A stretch of 55,950 bases of DNA, taken from contig JBEKIW010000007.1 in assembly GCA_050011565.1 (NCBI GenBank), forward strand, positions 1-55,950, written 5' to 3'. The position numbers were made by a program, and so were the translations under genes. The DNA is from Dehalococcoidia bacterium. GTDB lineage: Bacteria; Chloroflexota; Dehalococcoidia; GIF9; UBA5629. This document shows, piece after piece, positions 1 to 8,971 of this stretch (position 1 is the first letter of the stretch; each line of letters starts with the position of its first letter). The notes beneath the pieces were generated by a model. It ran no database searches. It was not told where the DNA came from and saw only the letters and a program-made list of their open reading frames with translations.

Positions 1-1597
1 GGGCGGCCGCGGAGAAGCTCTGGGCAGGACCGACGCCGATCTTATAATTGAACTCAGTCTGCTTGCCGGCGGGGTCGGCCATGGTCTTACTGAAGGTGAT
101 GATGATGGTGGTGCCGGCTGTGTTGGTGGCCGCCGAGACAAACACCGGTGGCCCGGGCATATTGTTGGTCACGGCCTGGTCGGTAAAGCTTTGCAGCACG
201 TTGCCGTCAGCAGCCAGCACCGTGCCCATGTTGTAGCTGACGGTGACGATATCCCCATAAACGATGGCGGTCCCGGAACAGGTTAAATCTATCCTGGTGT
301 TATCCGCGTCCAGGGCAGCCGCGGAGAAGCTCTGCGCAGGACCGACGCCGATCTTATAACTGAACTCAGTCTGCTTGCCGGCGGGGTTAGCCATGTTCTT
401 ACTAAAGGTGATGGCGATGGTGGTGCCGGTCACGTCCGTGGCCGCCGAGACAAAGGTGGGTGGTGGTGCTGATGTATTAAGCAGTATGGAGACATCGTTG
501 GTGCCCACATTGGCCACGGCCAGGTCGGGCCTACCGTCGCCGTTGAAATCGCCCACGGCCACAGAGAGGGGCCAACGTCCCACGTTATAGTTCACCGCAT
601 CGTTGAAGGTGCCGTCGCCGTTACCGAGCAGTATGGAGACATTGTCGCTGCCATAATTGGCCACGGCCGGGTCAGTCTTGCCGTCGCCGTTGAAATCGCC
701 CACGGCCACAGAGGTGGGGTAAGTTCCCACGCCATAGTTCACCGCATCGTTGAAGGTGCCGTCGCCGTTACCGAGCAGTATGGAGGCATTGTCATTGCCA
801 TAATTGGCCACGGCCAGGTCAGTCGTGTTGTCGCTGTTGAAATCGCCCACGGCCACAGAGAAGGGGCTATTTCCCACGTTATAGTTCACCGCATCGTTGA
901 AGGTGCCGCCGCCGACACCGAGCAGTATGGAGACATTGTCGCTGCCATTATTGGCCACGGCCAGGTCAAGGTTGCCATCGACGTCGAAATCGCCCACGGC
1001 CACAGAGAGGGGGTTACTTCCCACGCCATAGTCCCCCGCAGCGATGAAGGTGCCGTCGCCGGCACCGAGCAGTATGGAGACATTGCTGGCACCCCCATTG
1101 GCCACGGCCAGGTCAAGGTTGCCATCGACGTCGAAATCGCCCACGGCCACAGATGAGGGAAAAGTTCCCACGCCATAGTCCCCCGCAGCGATGAAGGTGC
1201 CGTCGCCGGCACCGAGCAGTATGGAGACATCGTTGCCGTTATCATTGGCCACAGCCAGGTCAGTCTTGTTGTCGCTGTTGAAATCGCCCACGGCCACAGA
1301 GAGGGGGCCATCTCCCGCAGGATAGTTTACCTTCGGTCTGAAGGTGCCGTCGCCGTTACCGATCAGTATGGAGATATTGTAACCGACGTTATTGGCCACG
1401 GCCAGGTCAAGGTTGCCGTCTCCGTCGAAATCGCCCACGGCCACAGAGCGGGGGGTATTTCCCACGCCATAGTTCACCGCCGGATTAAAAGGCATAGCAT
1501 AGACATTGCCCTGAGGTACGGCAAGGAATGCGGCACAGAGAACTAATGCCACAAAAATCCGTATGAATTTCCTATATTGATGACTCAGTTTATCCAA
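1..1597 (-). CDS. Secreted surface protein with 7 FG-GAP/VCBS repeats followed by SwmB-like Ig repeats; 3' end lies outside the window
   Basis: Not in the ORF track because it runs off the edge. Manual translation from TTG at 1597 gives MDKLSHQYRKFIRIFVALVLCAAFLAVPQGNVYA (signal peptide), then repeated SVAVGDFxxDxxxDLAVANxxxxxVSILLGxGDGTF, then PTFVSAATD..TIAITFSKNM..VTVSY..LQSFTDQAVTNN units. The frame is open to position 2. Confidence 0.9.
   Translation of the reverse strand, partial: MDKLSHQYRKFIRIFVALVLCAAFLAVPQGNVYAMPFNPAVNYGVGNTPRSVAVGDFDGDGNLDLAVANNVGYNISILIGNGDGTFRPKVNYPAGDGPLSVAVGDFNSDNKTDLAVANDNGNDVSILLGAGDGTFIAAGDYGVGTFPSSVAVGDFDVDGNLDLAVANGGASNVSILLGAGDGTFIAAGDYGVGSNPLSVAVGDFDVDGNLDLAVANNGSDNVSILLGVGGGTFNDAVNYNVGNSPFSVAVGDFNSDNTTDLAVANYGNDNASILLGNGDGTFNDAVNYGVGTYPTSVAVGDFNGDGKTDPAVANYGSDNVSILLGNGDGTFNDAVNYNVGRWPLSVAVGDFNGDGRPDLAVANVGTNDVSILLNTSAPPPTFVSAATDVTGTTIAITFSKNMANPAGKQTEFSYKIGVGPAQSFSAAALDADNTRIDLTCSGTAIVYGDIVTVSYNMGTVLAADGNVLQSFTDQAVTNNMPGPPVFVSAATNTAGTTIIITFSKTMADPAGKQTEFNYKIGVGPAQSFSAAA
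480..1480 (-). repeat. Seven ~147-bp coding tandem repeats (FG-GAP blades)
   Basis: ATCGCCCACGGCCACAGA recurs near 548, 695, 842, 989, 1136, 1283 and 1430 (period 147). Confidence 0.9.
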
Positions 1598-1665
1598 TCT
1601 AAACCTATCGGCTTACAAAAATACCATTAATTGTTGTTGTTGTAAACAACTGCTAGTTATATAGC

Positions 1666-1694
1666 ATTCTATATTAATGCCACACGGTTGTCAA
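1666..1694 (-). promoter_or_regulatory. Sigma70-type promoter of the FG-GAP gene
   Basis: Minus strand TTGACA-17 bp-TAGAAT, about 70 bp upstream of the TTG start. Confidence 0.75.
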
Positions 1695-1789
1695 ACGGCT
1701 CCTGGCACATAATGCGGCTGCTTAATGCCCTTTCGGGACTAATGTATTACGCCAAGCTATGCCACAGCGGGTCCGTTTAGCTCTGACCT

Positions 1790-1830
1790 AAAAAGAAAAG
1801 CCCCTCCTCATCGAAACGGGGAGGGGCTTG
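1790..1830 (-). terminator. Rho-independent terminator
   Basis: AAGCCCCTCC...GGAGGGGCTT hairpin followed on the minus strand by TTCTTTTT, just after the stop at 1847. Confidence 0.85.
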
Positions 1831-1846
1831 TTGAACAGTAAACTGA

Positions 1847-3379
1847 CTATTTCTTGGCTGATGCGGCAGGCGCCTTGGCTGGTTTTCTCCTCTGCTTGCT
1901 CAAGGCATCGCGGTCTCCGCCGCTCATGCCGGCGATATATTTCACCAGCTTTTTCCTGGACTCGATGTCGTACTGGGTCGTGATGGCGATTTGCTCCATG
2001 ACCGGTGAGCCGCCGCCGTGATAACCGCCCACATTATGTATGCCGCCGGTGGCTGAGCACAGCCCGTCACCCAGGTACCGCCAGAGTTGCGCCTGGTCCT
2101 CCGCCGACATATCGGGGTTGCGCTTGGTGTATTTCAGAAGCAGGTCTTTGGTCTCGGGGTTCAGGAAATCCTTCTCATGAGGGAAGGTGGCCATCACGCC
2201 GCCGCCTATGTCGCAAAGTATTTCCGCTTCACGCCAGACTGCTTCGCCTGAGAGGCAGCGGCCGACGTTACAGTAAATTGAATTTGGTATGTACGAGCCG
2301 GGACCGTAAGGCATGAAGCCCACGCCCGGTATATAGACCTCCGGCTTGCCCAGGTCGGAAGCCGTATATCCCGCGGCATAACCCAGCTCGGTGGTCATGA
2401 TGAGCTCGGCTAACTTCTCGCGGACATGGGATGCCTTATGAACGTTGTTCGCCTCGGCGGCGAGAGCTGCCGTCCCCATGATGATGTCACCGATGGCCGG
2501 CTTGCAGCCCGAATAGGAATGGCGGTGGAACAGAGCGAACAGGAGCGCCAGCACCCCGCCATGCTGCCATTCACCGGCAAGGAAGACCCTATCCCAGGGT
2601 ACGAAACAATTGTCGAAAATCATGTAAGAATCTGTGCTGCCGGGCATGAATCCACGCTTGAAGTACTCGCGGGGCCTGTAGTTATGGATGGTAACTACCT
2701 GCTTCAGCCCATCCCAGTCGCCCGGAACAGCGAAAGCGACAGCATAGTCTTTGTCTTCGGGGCGCAGCGCTCTTGTTGGTACTACAAGTACCTCGTCGGC
2801 GACCGAGGCCTCAGAGATATGCACCTTGCAGCCGCTGACTACGATGCCGTCGCTAAGCCTCTCCTTGATACGCACATAGGCATCCGGATTGGGCTGGTCG
2901 GCAGGCCTCAGCATTCTATCGCCTTTAACATCCGTCTGTGCCGAGCAACCCACCAGGTCCTCGGTCTGGAAGCGGGTGAGCCACTTCTTGAAGTTCTCAT
3001 GGTACTGGGTGGCACCTTTGTTGATTTTGTCCGCTTCGTAGGACACGTTATATATAGCATTGGTGGCGTCGATGCCCATGCACCTCTGGATGCAGCCGCC
3101 CGCCTTCTGGCAGAGCATGCGGGTCATGTCCTGTTTATTGTGCAGGTCCTCGGTGTTCTGATGGACGTGGGTGAAGCGGTTAATCCTCTCGCCGGTGAGA
3201 TGAGAGATGGCGGTGCACAGGTCTTGATTCTCCGGCTTAGCGGCTTCCTCGAATGTGATGCCCATTACGTTCAAGCAGTCCGCCTGCAGTTCGTCGGTCC
3301 GGTCGATTAGCGCGCCATCGTAGTAGACGTTCCGCTTCATCTTGGACAGACCTTTGATATATTGTTCTTTTGTCCTCAT
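1847..3379 (-). CDS. abfD: 4-hydroxybutyryl-CoA dehydratase/vinylacetyl-CoA isomerase-like protein (HpaB/AbfD family, FAD + [4Fe-4S])
   Basis: Contains CIQRCMG and HRHSYSGCK (the three Cys plus His cluster ligands of AbfD), TDVKGDR and HGGGSP. SD AAGGAGGAG. Confidence 0.8.
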   Translation of the reverse strand: MRTKEQYIKGLSKMKRNVYYDGALIDRTDELQADCLNVMGITFEEAAKPENQDLCTAISHLTGERINRFTHVHQNTEDLHNKQDMTRMLCQKAGGCIQRCMGIDATNAIYNVSYEADKINKGATQYHENFKKWLTRFQTEDLVGCSAQTDVKGDRMLRPADQPNPDAYVRIKERLSDGIVVSGCKVHISEASVADEVLVVPTRALRPEDKDYAVAFAVPGDWDGLKQVVTIHNYRPREYFKRGFMPGSTDSYMIFDNCFVPWDRVFLAGEWQHGGVLALLFALFHRHSYSGCKPAIGDIIMGTAALAAEANNVHKASHVREKLAELIMTTELGYAAGYTASDLGKPEVYIPGVGFMPYGPGSYIPNSIYCNVGRCLSGEAVWREAEILCDIGGGVMATFPHEKDFLNPETKDLLLKYTKRNPDMSAEDQAQLWRYLGDGLCSATGGIHNVGGYHGGGSPVMEQIAITTQYDIESRKKLVKYIAGMSGGDRDALSKQRRKPAKAPAASAKK

Positions 3380-3588
3380 ATGTCTCCTCCTTGGTTAATG
3401 GATAATCGGTGCCATAATGTTACTACTTCCAGGCGAAAAAGTCACATTTTGTTACGTTCCAAATATTTGGGATAAAACAAACTTTTGAGTGCCTTTAACT
3501 GTCAAAGTTTTTAGCCAAACCCATAATTTAGTGGTAGAATTGAAATCCTGGAAGGCATTCGACAGTTCCATGGAACGGAGGTAAGACA

Positions 3589-4971
3589 ATGGAAAACGCA
3601 AAATACCAGTTTACCAGAACTTTACGCTGCAAAAACCTTAATGTTCCGGGCACATTGGGTAAGTTAGCCACCGCTATTGGCAAAGTTGGAGTGGATATTG
3701 GAAATCTAACAACCGTGCATCTGGGGCATTATTATACTATCAGAGACGTAGAAGTGCTGCTAAAGAGTCAGGAGGAGCTGGCACATCTTATAGAGGAGGT
3801 GTCGAAAATACGGGAGGTCACTGTTCTGGAGGTCAGAGACGATGTGCTCGACCTTCATAAGGACGGGAAAATTAAGACTGTAAGCATTCACCCCATTAAC
3901 TCACTGGACATTCTTAGGAAAGTGTATACCCCTGGCGTCGCTGAGGTATGCCGGTTAATCGCCGACAGACCGGGCCTCAAATATACCTATACCAACATTC
4001 AGTATTCCGTGGCTATTGTCACCGATGGGACTGCTATCCTGGGTCTGGGCAATATCGGGGCGGTGGCAGGAATGCCGGTTATGGAGGGAAAAGCTGCACT
4101 GCTTCAGGAGCTGGTTGGAGTTAGTGGCATTCCTATTTTATTGGACACTACCAACGTTGACGAAATTGTGGAAACCGTAAAATACATCGCCTCAACCTTT
4201 GGAGGTATTCAGTTAGAAGACATAGCATCGCCAAGATGCTTCCCGATTCTGGAGAAACTGGAAAAAGAACTGGATATTCCGGTTATGCATGACGACCAGC
4301 AGGGTACTGCCGTAGTCACCTTGGCGGCTGTGCTCAACGCCTGTAAACTTAGTAACGTGTCACTCGAAGAGGCGAAGGTGGGACTTATAGGTCTTGGCGC
4401 CGCCGGTTTATCTGTTGGAAAGTTTTTGCTGAAATATACAGGCAAGCCCGCCCTGGGTACGGCTAAGACCGAAGCCAGCATTAAGCGGCATGTAGAACAT
4501 GGAGGCATTGCCAGCAATTTGGGTGAGATTATGCGGACGGCTGATATCGTTATTGGCACCAGCGGGGTACCAGGCCTAATAGAACCGAGCATGGTGAGGA
4601 AAGGGCAGATTATTCTTGCTTTATCCAATCCGTTTCCGGAGATTGCTCCGGAGCTGGCTAAAAAATCGGGCGCGGCTCTGGCTGTCGATGGCAGGACGGT
4701 AAATAATTTGCTCGGCTTCCCCGGCATTTGGCGGGGAACGCTGGATGCCATGGCTAATAAGATAACCTATGAGATGTACAAGGCTGGCAGCCTGGCTATT
4801 GTCAACACTACCGACGAAGGCGAACTTGTTCCCAATCCACTTGACCCCAAGGTGCATCTGGCCGTGGCTCATGCTATAGCCAAAGCCGCCGTAGAATCCG
4901 GTGTGGCACAGCGGCCTCTGGATAACGACTACTTCGAAAATACCAACATCAAGCAGCCGCCCTGGATGTAA
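3589..4971 (+). CDS. NAD(P)-dependent malic enzyme with N-terminal ACT domain
   Basis: Motifs VYTPGVA, VTDGTAILGLGNIG, PVMEGKA, LEDI, HDDQQGTA, GLGAAG and LSNP. The N-terminus is ACT-like (NVPGTLGKLATAIG). SD GGAGGT. Confidence 0.92.
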   Translation: MENAKYQFTRTLRCKNLNVPGTLGKLATAIGKVGVDIGNLTTVHLGHYYTIRDVEVLLKSQEELAHLIEEVSKIREVTVLEVRDDVLDLHKDGKIKTVSIHPINSLDILRKVYTPGVAEVCRLIADRPGLKYTYTNIQYSVAIVTDGTAILGLGNIGAVAGMPVMEGKAALLQELVGVSGIPILLDTTNVDEIVETVKYIASTFGGIQLEDIASPRCFPILEKLEKELDIPVMHDDQQGTAVVTLAAVLNACKLSNVSLEEAKVGLIGLGAAGLSVGKFLLKYTGKPALGTAKTEASIKRHVEHGGIASNLGEIMRTADIVIGTSGVPGLIEPSMVRKGQIILALSNPFPEIAPELAKKSGAALAVDGRTVNNLLGFPGIWRGTLDAMANKITYEMYKAGSLAIVNTTDEGELVPNPLDPKVHLAVAHAIAKAAVESGVAQRPLDNDYFENTNIKQPPWM

Positions 4972-5089
4972 TTTCGCACCTCATCGTGGCAAAGTCTGAG
5001 ACAATTCCTATTGAATTGACCTCCATCTTTTCTTTTAAATAAAAGCGTGGTATCGTAAGGTAGGGCTGCTGAACAAGGAAAGAGCGATA

Positions 5090-5899
5090 ATGTCTGTATA
5101 TGAAGTTGTGCATGTGGCGGTAGGTCTCTCGACTGTGCTTGACGAAGAGCTCGTTAAAAAGGTTTCCGAAATTATCGGCAAAAACCCATACGAGACTCGA
5201 CTTCGGCTGACGGGCAAGATTCCCAAAATCATCGCCAACTATGACGCTATGCAACAGGCGGAATTGACCACAAAAAGTCTGAGAGAGCTGGGCCTGGTGG
5301 TGATTCTGTTCACGGATTCGGAGCTACGTAAGCCATGGCAAATCTTTAAGGCACGCAACCTGAAATTCGAGGAACAAGCTATCATGTTTTGTGACAGGAG
5401 CGGCCAGACAAGGCGAATGGAGGCAAGTGAGGCGTTTTTGATTCTCAGCGGCAGGGTGCAGACCTACACGGAGACAGAATCAACCAAGACCACAAGAAAG
5501 TTAAATGTGACAGCAACTCTACTGACTGGCGGCATTCCTATAATGAAAAAGGTGGAAAAAAAGACGACGAGTAAATCGTTTCAAACTAAAAGTTTTTTAA
5601 GGCTTTACGACTGTATGTCACCTGAGCTAGCCGTGGAAATACTGCAGGACGATTTTGACTACTCGTTCCTGGGGACGGAAATGGTCTCCTCCGCTACGGC
5701 CAACTTCAGCATTGCTATTCGAAAAATCAGAGAGGCGTTTCCTCAGGCGATTTTCGATGACAGCTTGATAGAGCCATTCGGGGCTAATATGCCAGACACT
5801 ATAGTGCAGGACAGTATCGAGTCCAACTGCAAGTTGCTTTATTGGTACCACCAGGCCGTGAACAACGTCGGCACATCGATACAGACCCAACTCGGATAG
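5090..5899 (+). CDS. Hypothetical protein
   Basis: 269-aa ORF filling the gap between neighbours; no family recognised. Confidence 0.75.
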   Translation: MSVYEVVHVAVGLSTVLDEELVKKVSEIIGKNPYETRLRLTGKIPKIIANYDAMQQAELTTKSLRELGLVVILFTDSELRKPWQIFKARNLKFEEQAIMFCDRSGQTRRMEASEAFLILSGRVQTYTETESTKTTRKLNVTATLLTGGIPIMKKVEKKTTSKSFQTKSFLRLYDCMSPELAVEILQDDFDYSFLGTEMVSSATANFSIAIRKIREAFPQAIFDDSLIEPFGANMPDTIVQDSIESNCKLLYWYHQAVNNVGTSIQTQLG

Positions 5900-5901
5900 A
5901 T

Positions 5902-5950
5902 TGTAGCATCTGCTCCAATCGTGCCTGGAGCGGATGCTACAGGCTACCCA
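5902..5950 (+). repeat. Palindromic hairpin element, copy 1 (second copy at 38704-38748, minus strand)
   Basis: TGTAGCATCTGCTCCA-ATCGTGCC-TGGAGCGGATGCTACA, a 16-bp stem with one G:U pair. Confidence 0.7.
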
Positions 5951-6084
5951 CTAGTAAAATCCTAAATCCCAAGCTCCAAATACAAAACAATATCAAAATC
6001 CGAATAATCAAATTCACAAAATAGGGACGGACATTCGGGTCCGTCTGCCCATCAGGAAAGTCCATGACAAGGCATCATACTCGC

Positions 6085-6113
6085 TTGACTGCTATCTGTA
6101 GCTCATCTACAAT
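6085..6113 (+). promoter_or_regulatory. Sigma70-type promoter of the DUF47-pit operon
   Basis: TTGACT-17 bp-TACAAT. Confidence 0.75.
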
Positions 6114-6239
6114 GATGATGGCAGATTGTTATGCTGTTTCGCCTTGATCACCAACCGGGCACCGGCCCGCTCCCTTCCCCGCCTTTAGATTCAATTACTT
6201 TCCTCTTGTCTCGGCTTTGTCACCAAAGGAGGTCACACG

Positions 6240-6869
6240 TTGCCTAGATTTTCCTTGTTTCCCAGGGAGCAGAAGTTCTTCGTCCTATTCGAGCAGAGCG
6301 CCCAGAATGCGGTCAAAATAGCTCAGCAATTAAAGGACATGGTAAACACCTGGGAAAACGTTAAGGAAAGAGTGGAAATGATAACCACCCTGGAGCATGA
6401 TGGGGATGCCATTACCCATCAAGTTATGGCCCAGCTATATCGGACATTTGTGACGCCGCTCGACCGTGAGGACATTGCTCTGCTAGCTCAGACCCTGGAC
6501 GATATTACCGACTTAATTCATTCATCGGCGGACGCCATGCTCCTGTACAAGGTGGAGCGTCCCACCGATAAAGTAAAGGAGCTGGCCGATATCGTGGTAC
6601 AGGCGACGGCTGCGGTAGAGAAGGGCGTGGCCGAAATACATGACCGCATCGACCGGGATAAGCTTATGAAACAATCCATGGAGATTAACCGACTGGAGAA
6701 CGTAGGGGACAGTGTCTACCGCTCGGCGCTGGCGGAGCTTTTTGTCAACTCACCGGATTTTGCTTATCTTATCAAGTGGCGCGAGATTTATGAAGATATC
6801 GAATCTGCCATCGACAAATGTGAGGATATAGCTAATATCCTGGAGGGCATAGTACTGAAGTATGCCTGA
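6240..6869 (+). CDS. DUF47 phosphate transport regulator (Pit accessory, PhoU-like fold)
   Basis: Motifs LEHDGDAITH, TFVTPLDREDI, LDDITD and IKWREIYE..E.AIDKCED. It precedes pit. SD AAGGAGGT with TTG start. Confidence 0.92.
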   Translation: MPRFSLFPREQKFFVLFEQSAQNAVKIAQQLKDMVNTWENVKERVEMITTLEHDGDAITHQVMAQLYRTFVTPLDREDIALLAQTLDDITDLIHSSADAMLLYKVERPTDKVKELADIVVQATAAVEKGVAEIHDRIDRDKLMKQSMEINRLENVGDSVYRSALAELFVNSPDFAYLIKWREIYEDIESAIDKCEDIANILEGIVLKYA

Positions 6870-6913
6870 GACCCCATGTCAGACTTGTCTCTAACTCTGC
6901 CTGGCGGGATACG

Positions 6914-7915
6914 GTGGATTTAAATTTAGTATTTATAATTTTTATCATCCTCGTAGCCCTGGGTTTCGATTTTACCAACGGCATGCATGATGCCGCTAAT
7001 TCTATTTCCACCGTCGTATCCACCAGGGTTTTATCGCCGAGACAGGCCGTTATCTGGGCAGCCTTTTTTAACTTTATAGCTTTTCTTATATTCGGCACGG
7101 CGGTGGCGAATACAATCGGCAAGGGGATGATCGACGTTAATACGGTTACCCCCACAGTTATTCTGGCGGGAGTCTGCGGAGCGATTTTTTGGAACTTGCT
7201 CACCTGGTATTTGGGGCTGCCTAGCAGCTCTTCTCATGCTCTGATTGGCGGATACGCCGGAGCCGCTATTGCCAAGAGCGGCTTCAGTGTGATTATAGCC
7301 AGTGGCTGGTACAAAACGTTGATTTTTATCGTCCTGGCGCCAGCTATCGGTCTGATTTTGGGCTACTTATTAAAAGTCATTACAACCTGGATTGTACGTA
7401 AACAGACACCGGCTGCGGTTAATAAATGGTCGCGGTTTGCACAATATTTTTCGGCAGCTCTATACAGCCTGGGCCATGGCGGCAACGACGCACAGAAGAC
7501 TATGGGTATTATAACCAGCCTTCTATTCGCCGGTGGCTTAATCAGCGAATTTAAAGTACCTCTCTGGGTGGTTCTGAGTGCACACGCAGCTATTGCTCTG
7601 GGCACATTGAGCGGCGGCTGGCGTATTGTTAAGACAATGGGGCAGAGAATTACTAAAATAAGGTCGATCGACGGTGTTTGTGCCGAGACAGCCAGCGCTA
7701 CCAGTATTTTCTTAGCCACTCATCTGGGTATTCCGGTAAGCACCACCCATGTGATAACCGGTGCCATATCGGGCGTGGGTTCGGCGCGCCGGCTTTCGGC
7801 CGTGCGCTGGGGCGTAACCATTAATATCGTTTGGGCCTGGATTTTCACTATTCCGGGAGCGGCTGTTATAGGGGCTATCATTTATTTCTTGATTCGGCTA
7901 ATTGAGTTAATTTGA
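6914..7915 (+). CDS. pit: Inorganic phosphate transporter, PiT family
   Basis: Signature motifs NGMHDAANSIST, GLPSSSSHALIGG, HGGNDAQK and PVSTTH. Confidence 0.95.
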   Translation: MDLNLVFIIFIILVALGFDFTNGMHDAANSISTVVSTRVLSPRQAVIWAAFFNFIAFLIFGTAVANTIGKGMIDVNTVTPTVILAGVCGAIFWNLLTWYLGLPSSSSHALIGGYAGAAIAKSGFSVIIASGWYKTLIFIVLAPAIGLILGYLLKVITTWIVRKQTPAAVNKWSRFAQYFSAALYSLGHGGNDAQKTMGIITSLLFAGGLISEFKVPLWVVLSAHAAIALGTLSGGWRIVKTMGQRITKIRSIDGVCAETASATSIFLATHLGIPVSTTHVITGAISGVGSARRLSAVRWGVTINIVWAWIFTIPGAAVIGAIIYFLIRLIELI

Positions 7916-8027
7916 GGAAGGGATTGCGTGCGTTATAATATATTGATAGCACCTTGTTAAGTGGATTGACAACAATGTTTAATTGTTTACATTTAATCAT
8001 ATTTTATCTTTAAGGAGGTAATGATTT

Positions 8028-8180
8028 ATGAAATGGATTGGGGTGGGGCTTACCATTGCCGGAGCTATTGTGGGGCTTGTTGCCGGGTTTCAATTCCACA
8101 GCTGGGCCTGGACTATTGGGGGCATAGTCTTCTTTGCTATTGGTATCATCATTCTCATTCTTTTTAGGAACGGTAAATAA
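8028..8180 (+). CDS. Small two-helix membrane protein (50 aa), not in the ORF track
   Basis: Strong SD TAAGGAGGT upstream of ATG 8028. Translates as MKWIGVGLTIAGAIVGLVAGFQFHSWAWTIGGIVFFAIGIIILILFRNGK, ending 20 bp before phoU. Confidence 0.8.
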   Translation: MKWIGVGLTIAGAIVGLVAGFQFHSWAWTIGGIVFFAIGIIILILFRNGK

Positions 8181-8200
8181 TTCCCAGTGGAGGTAATAAC

Positions 8201-8869
8201 ATGGAAAAGACTGCCGGTTTTAGCAAAGGTTTTAAGGAAATCCAGGATAAAGTGATGGGTATGGGCGACATGGTGACCAAAGAGATACACAAGTCCATCG
8301 AGGCACTAAAGGCCAGAGATTTAAAGCTGGCACATAAGATAATTGCCGATGATGCCGTAATTGACGAACAACGGTTTACTATCGAAGACGGGTGCATCGA
8401 GCTTATGGGCATGCAGAAGCTGACAATAGCCGACCGGCGTGCCATCGTGGCTGTGCTCAGTATCAGCACCGAACTGGAACGGATTGGCGACTATGCTGAG
8501 GGAATTGCCAAGATTGTAGTCATGATTGGCGATGAACCGCCGTTGAAACCTCTGATCGATATTCCCCGTATGGCGGAATTGACCATAGAAATGATTGACA
8601 AGAGCCTCAAGTCTTTCGTTGAACGCGATGTGAAATTGGCCAGGCACGTGGTCACCATGGATAACCTGGTCGACGGTCTCTACGACCAGGTATTTCGAGA
8701 GCTACTCACTTTTATGATGATTGATCCGAAGACGATCAATCGGGCGACGCGTCTCATCTGGGTGGCGCACAACCTGGAACGCGCCGCCGACAGGGTAACC
8801 AATATCTGCGAGCGTGTCGCCTTCACCGTCACCGGCAAGATGGAGGAGCTCGAGATTTCCAAATATTAG
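8201..8869 (+). CDS. phoU: Phosphate signalling/transport regulator PhoU
   Basis: Two PhoU repeats with ELERIGDYA and NLERAADRVTNICE. SD GGAGGT. Confidence 0.95.
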   Translation: MEKTAGFSKGFKEIQDKVMGMGDMVTKEIHKSIEALKARDLKLAHKIIADDAVIDEQRFTIEDGCIELMGMQKLTIADRRAIVAVLSISTELERIGDYAEGIAKIVVMIGDEPPLKPLIDIPRMAELTIEMIDKSLKSFVERDVKLARHVVTMDNLVDGLYDQVFRELLTFMMIDPKTINRATRLIWVAHNLERAADRVTNICERVAFTVTGKMEELEISKY

Positions 8870-8873
8870 AATT

Positions 8874-8912
8874 CACCCTCACCCTAGCCCTCTCCCATCA
8901 AGGGAGAGGGAA
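8874..8912. repeat. CCCTC-type REP-like palindrome
   Basis: CACCCTCACCCTAGCCCTCTCCCATCAAGGGAGAGGGAA; related copies at 43832-43972 and 45820-45896. Confidence 0.75.
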
Positions 8913-8971
8913 TTTTCGAAGCAAAGGTGATACAATACCTGAAGCGTTTTAGCCAGTCTGAGACCAACTCA

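Noticed and set aside
480-1480. Regularly spaced repeats resembling a CRISPR array
   Set aside because: The period is 147 bp (a multiple of 3) and the whole unit is conserved and encodes FG-GAP blades; there are no unique spacers or cas genes.
2426-3310. 294-aa plus-strand ORF and the many other antisense ORFs in the track
   Set aside because: They lie fully opposite well-supported genes, have no motifs or SD, and are typical shadow ORFs.
8021-8167. Alternative Cys/His-rich ORF from ATG 8021
   Set aside because: The ATG is too close to the SD, whereas ATG 8028 has proper spacing and gives a coherent membrane protein.
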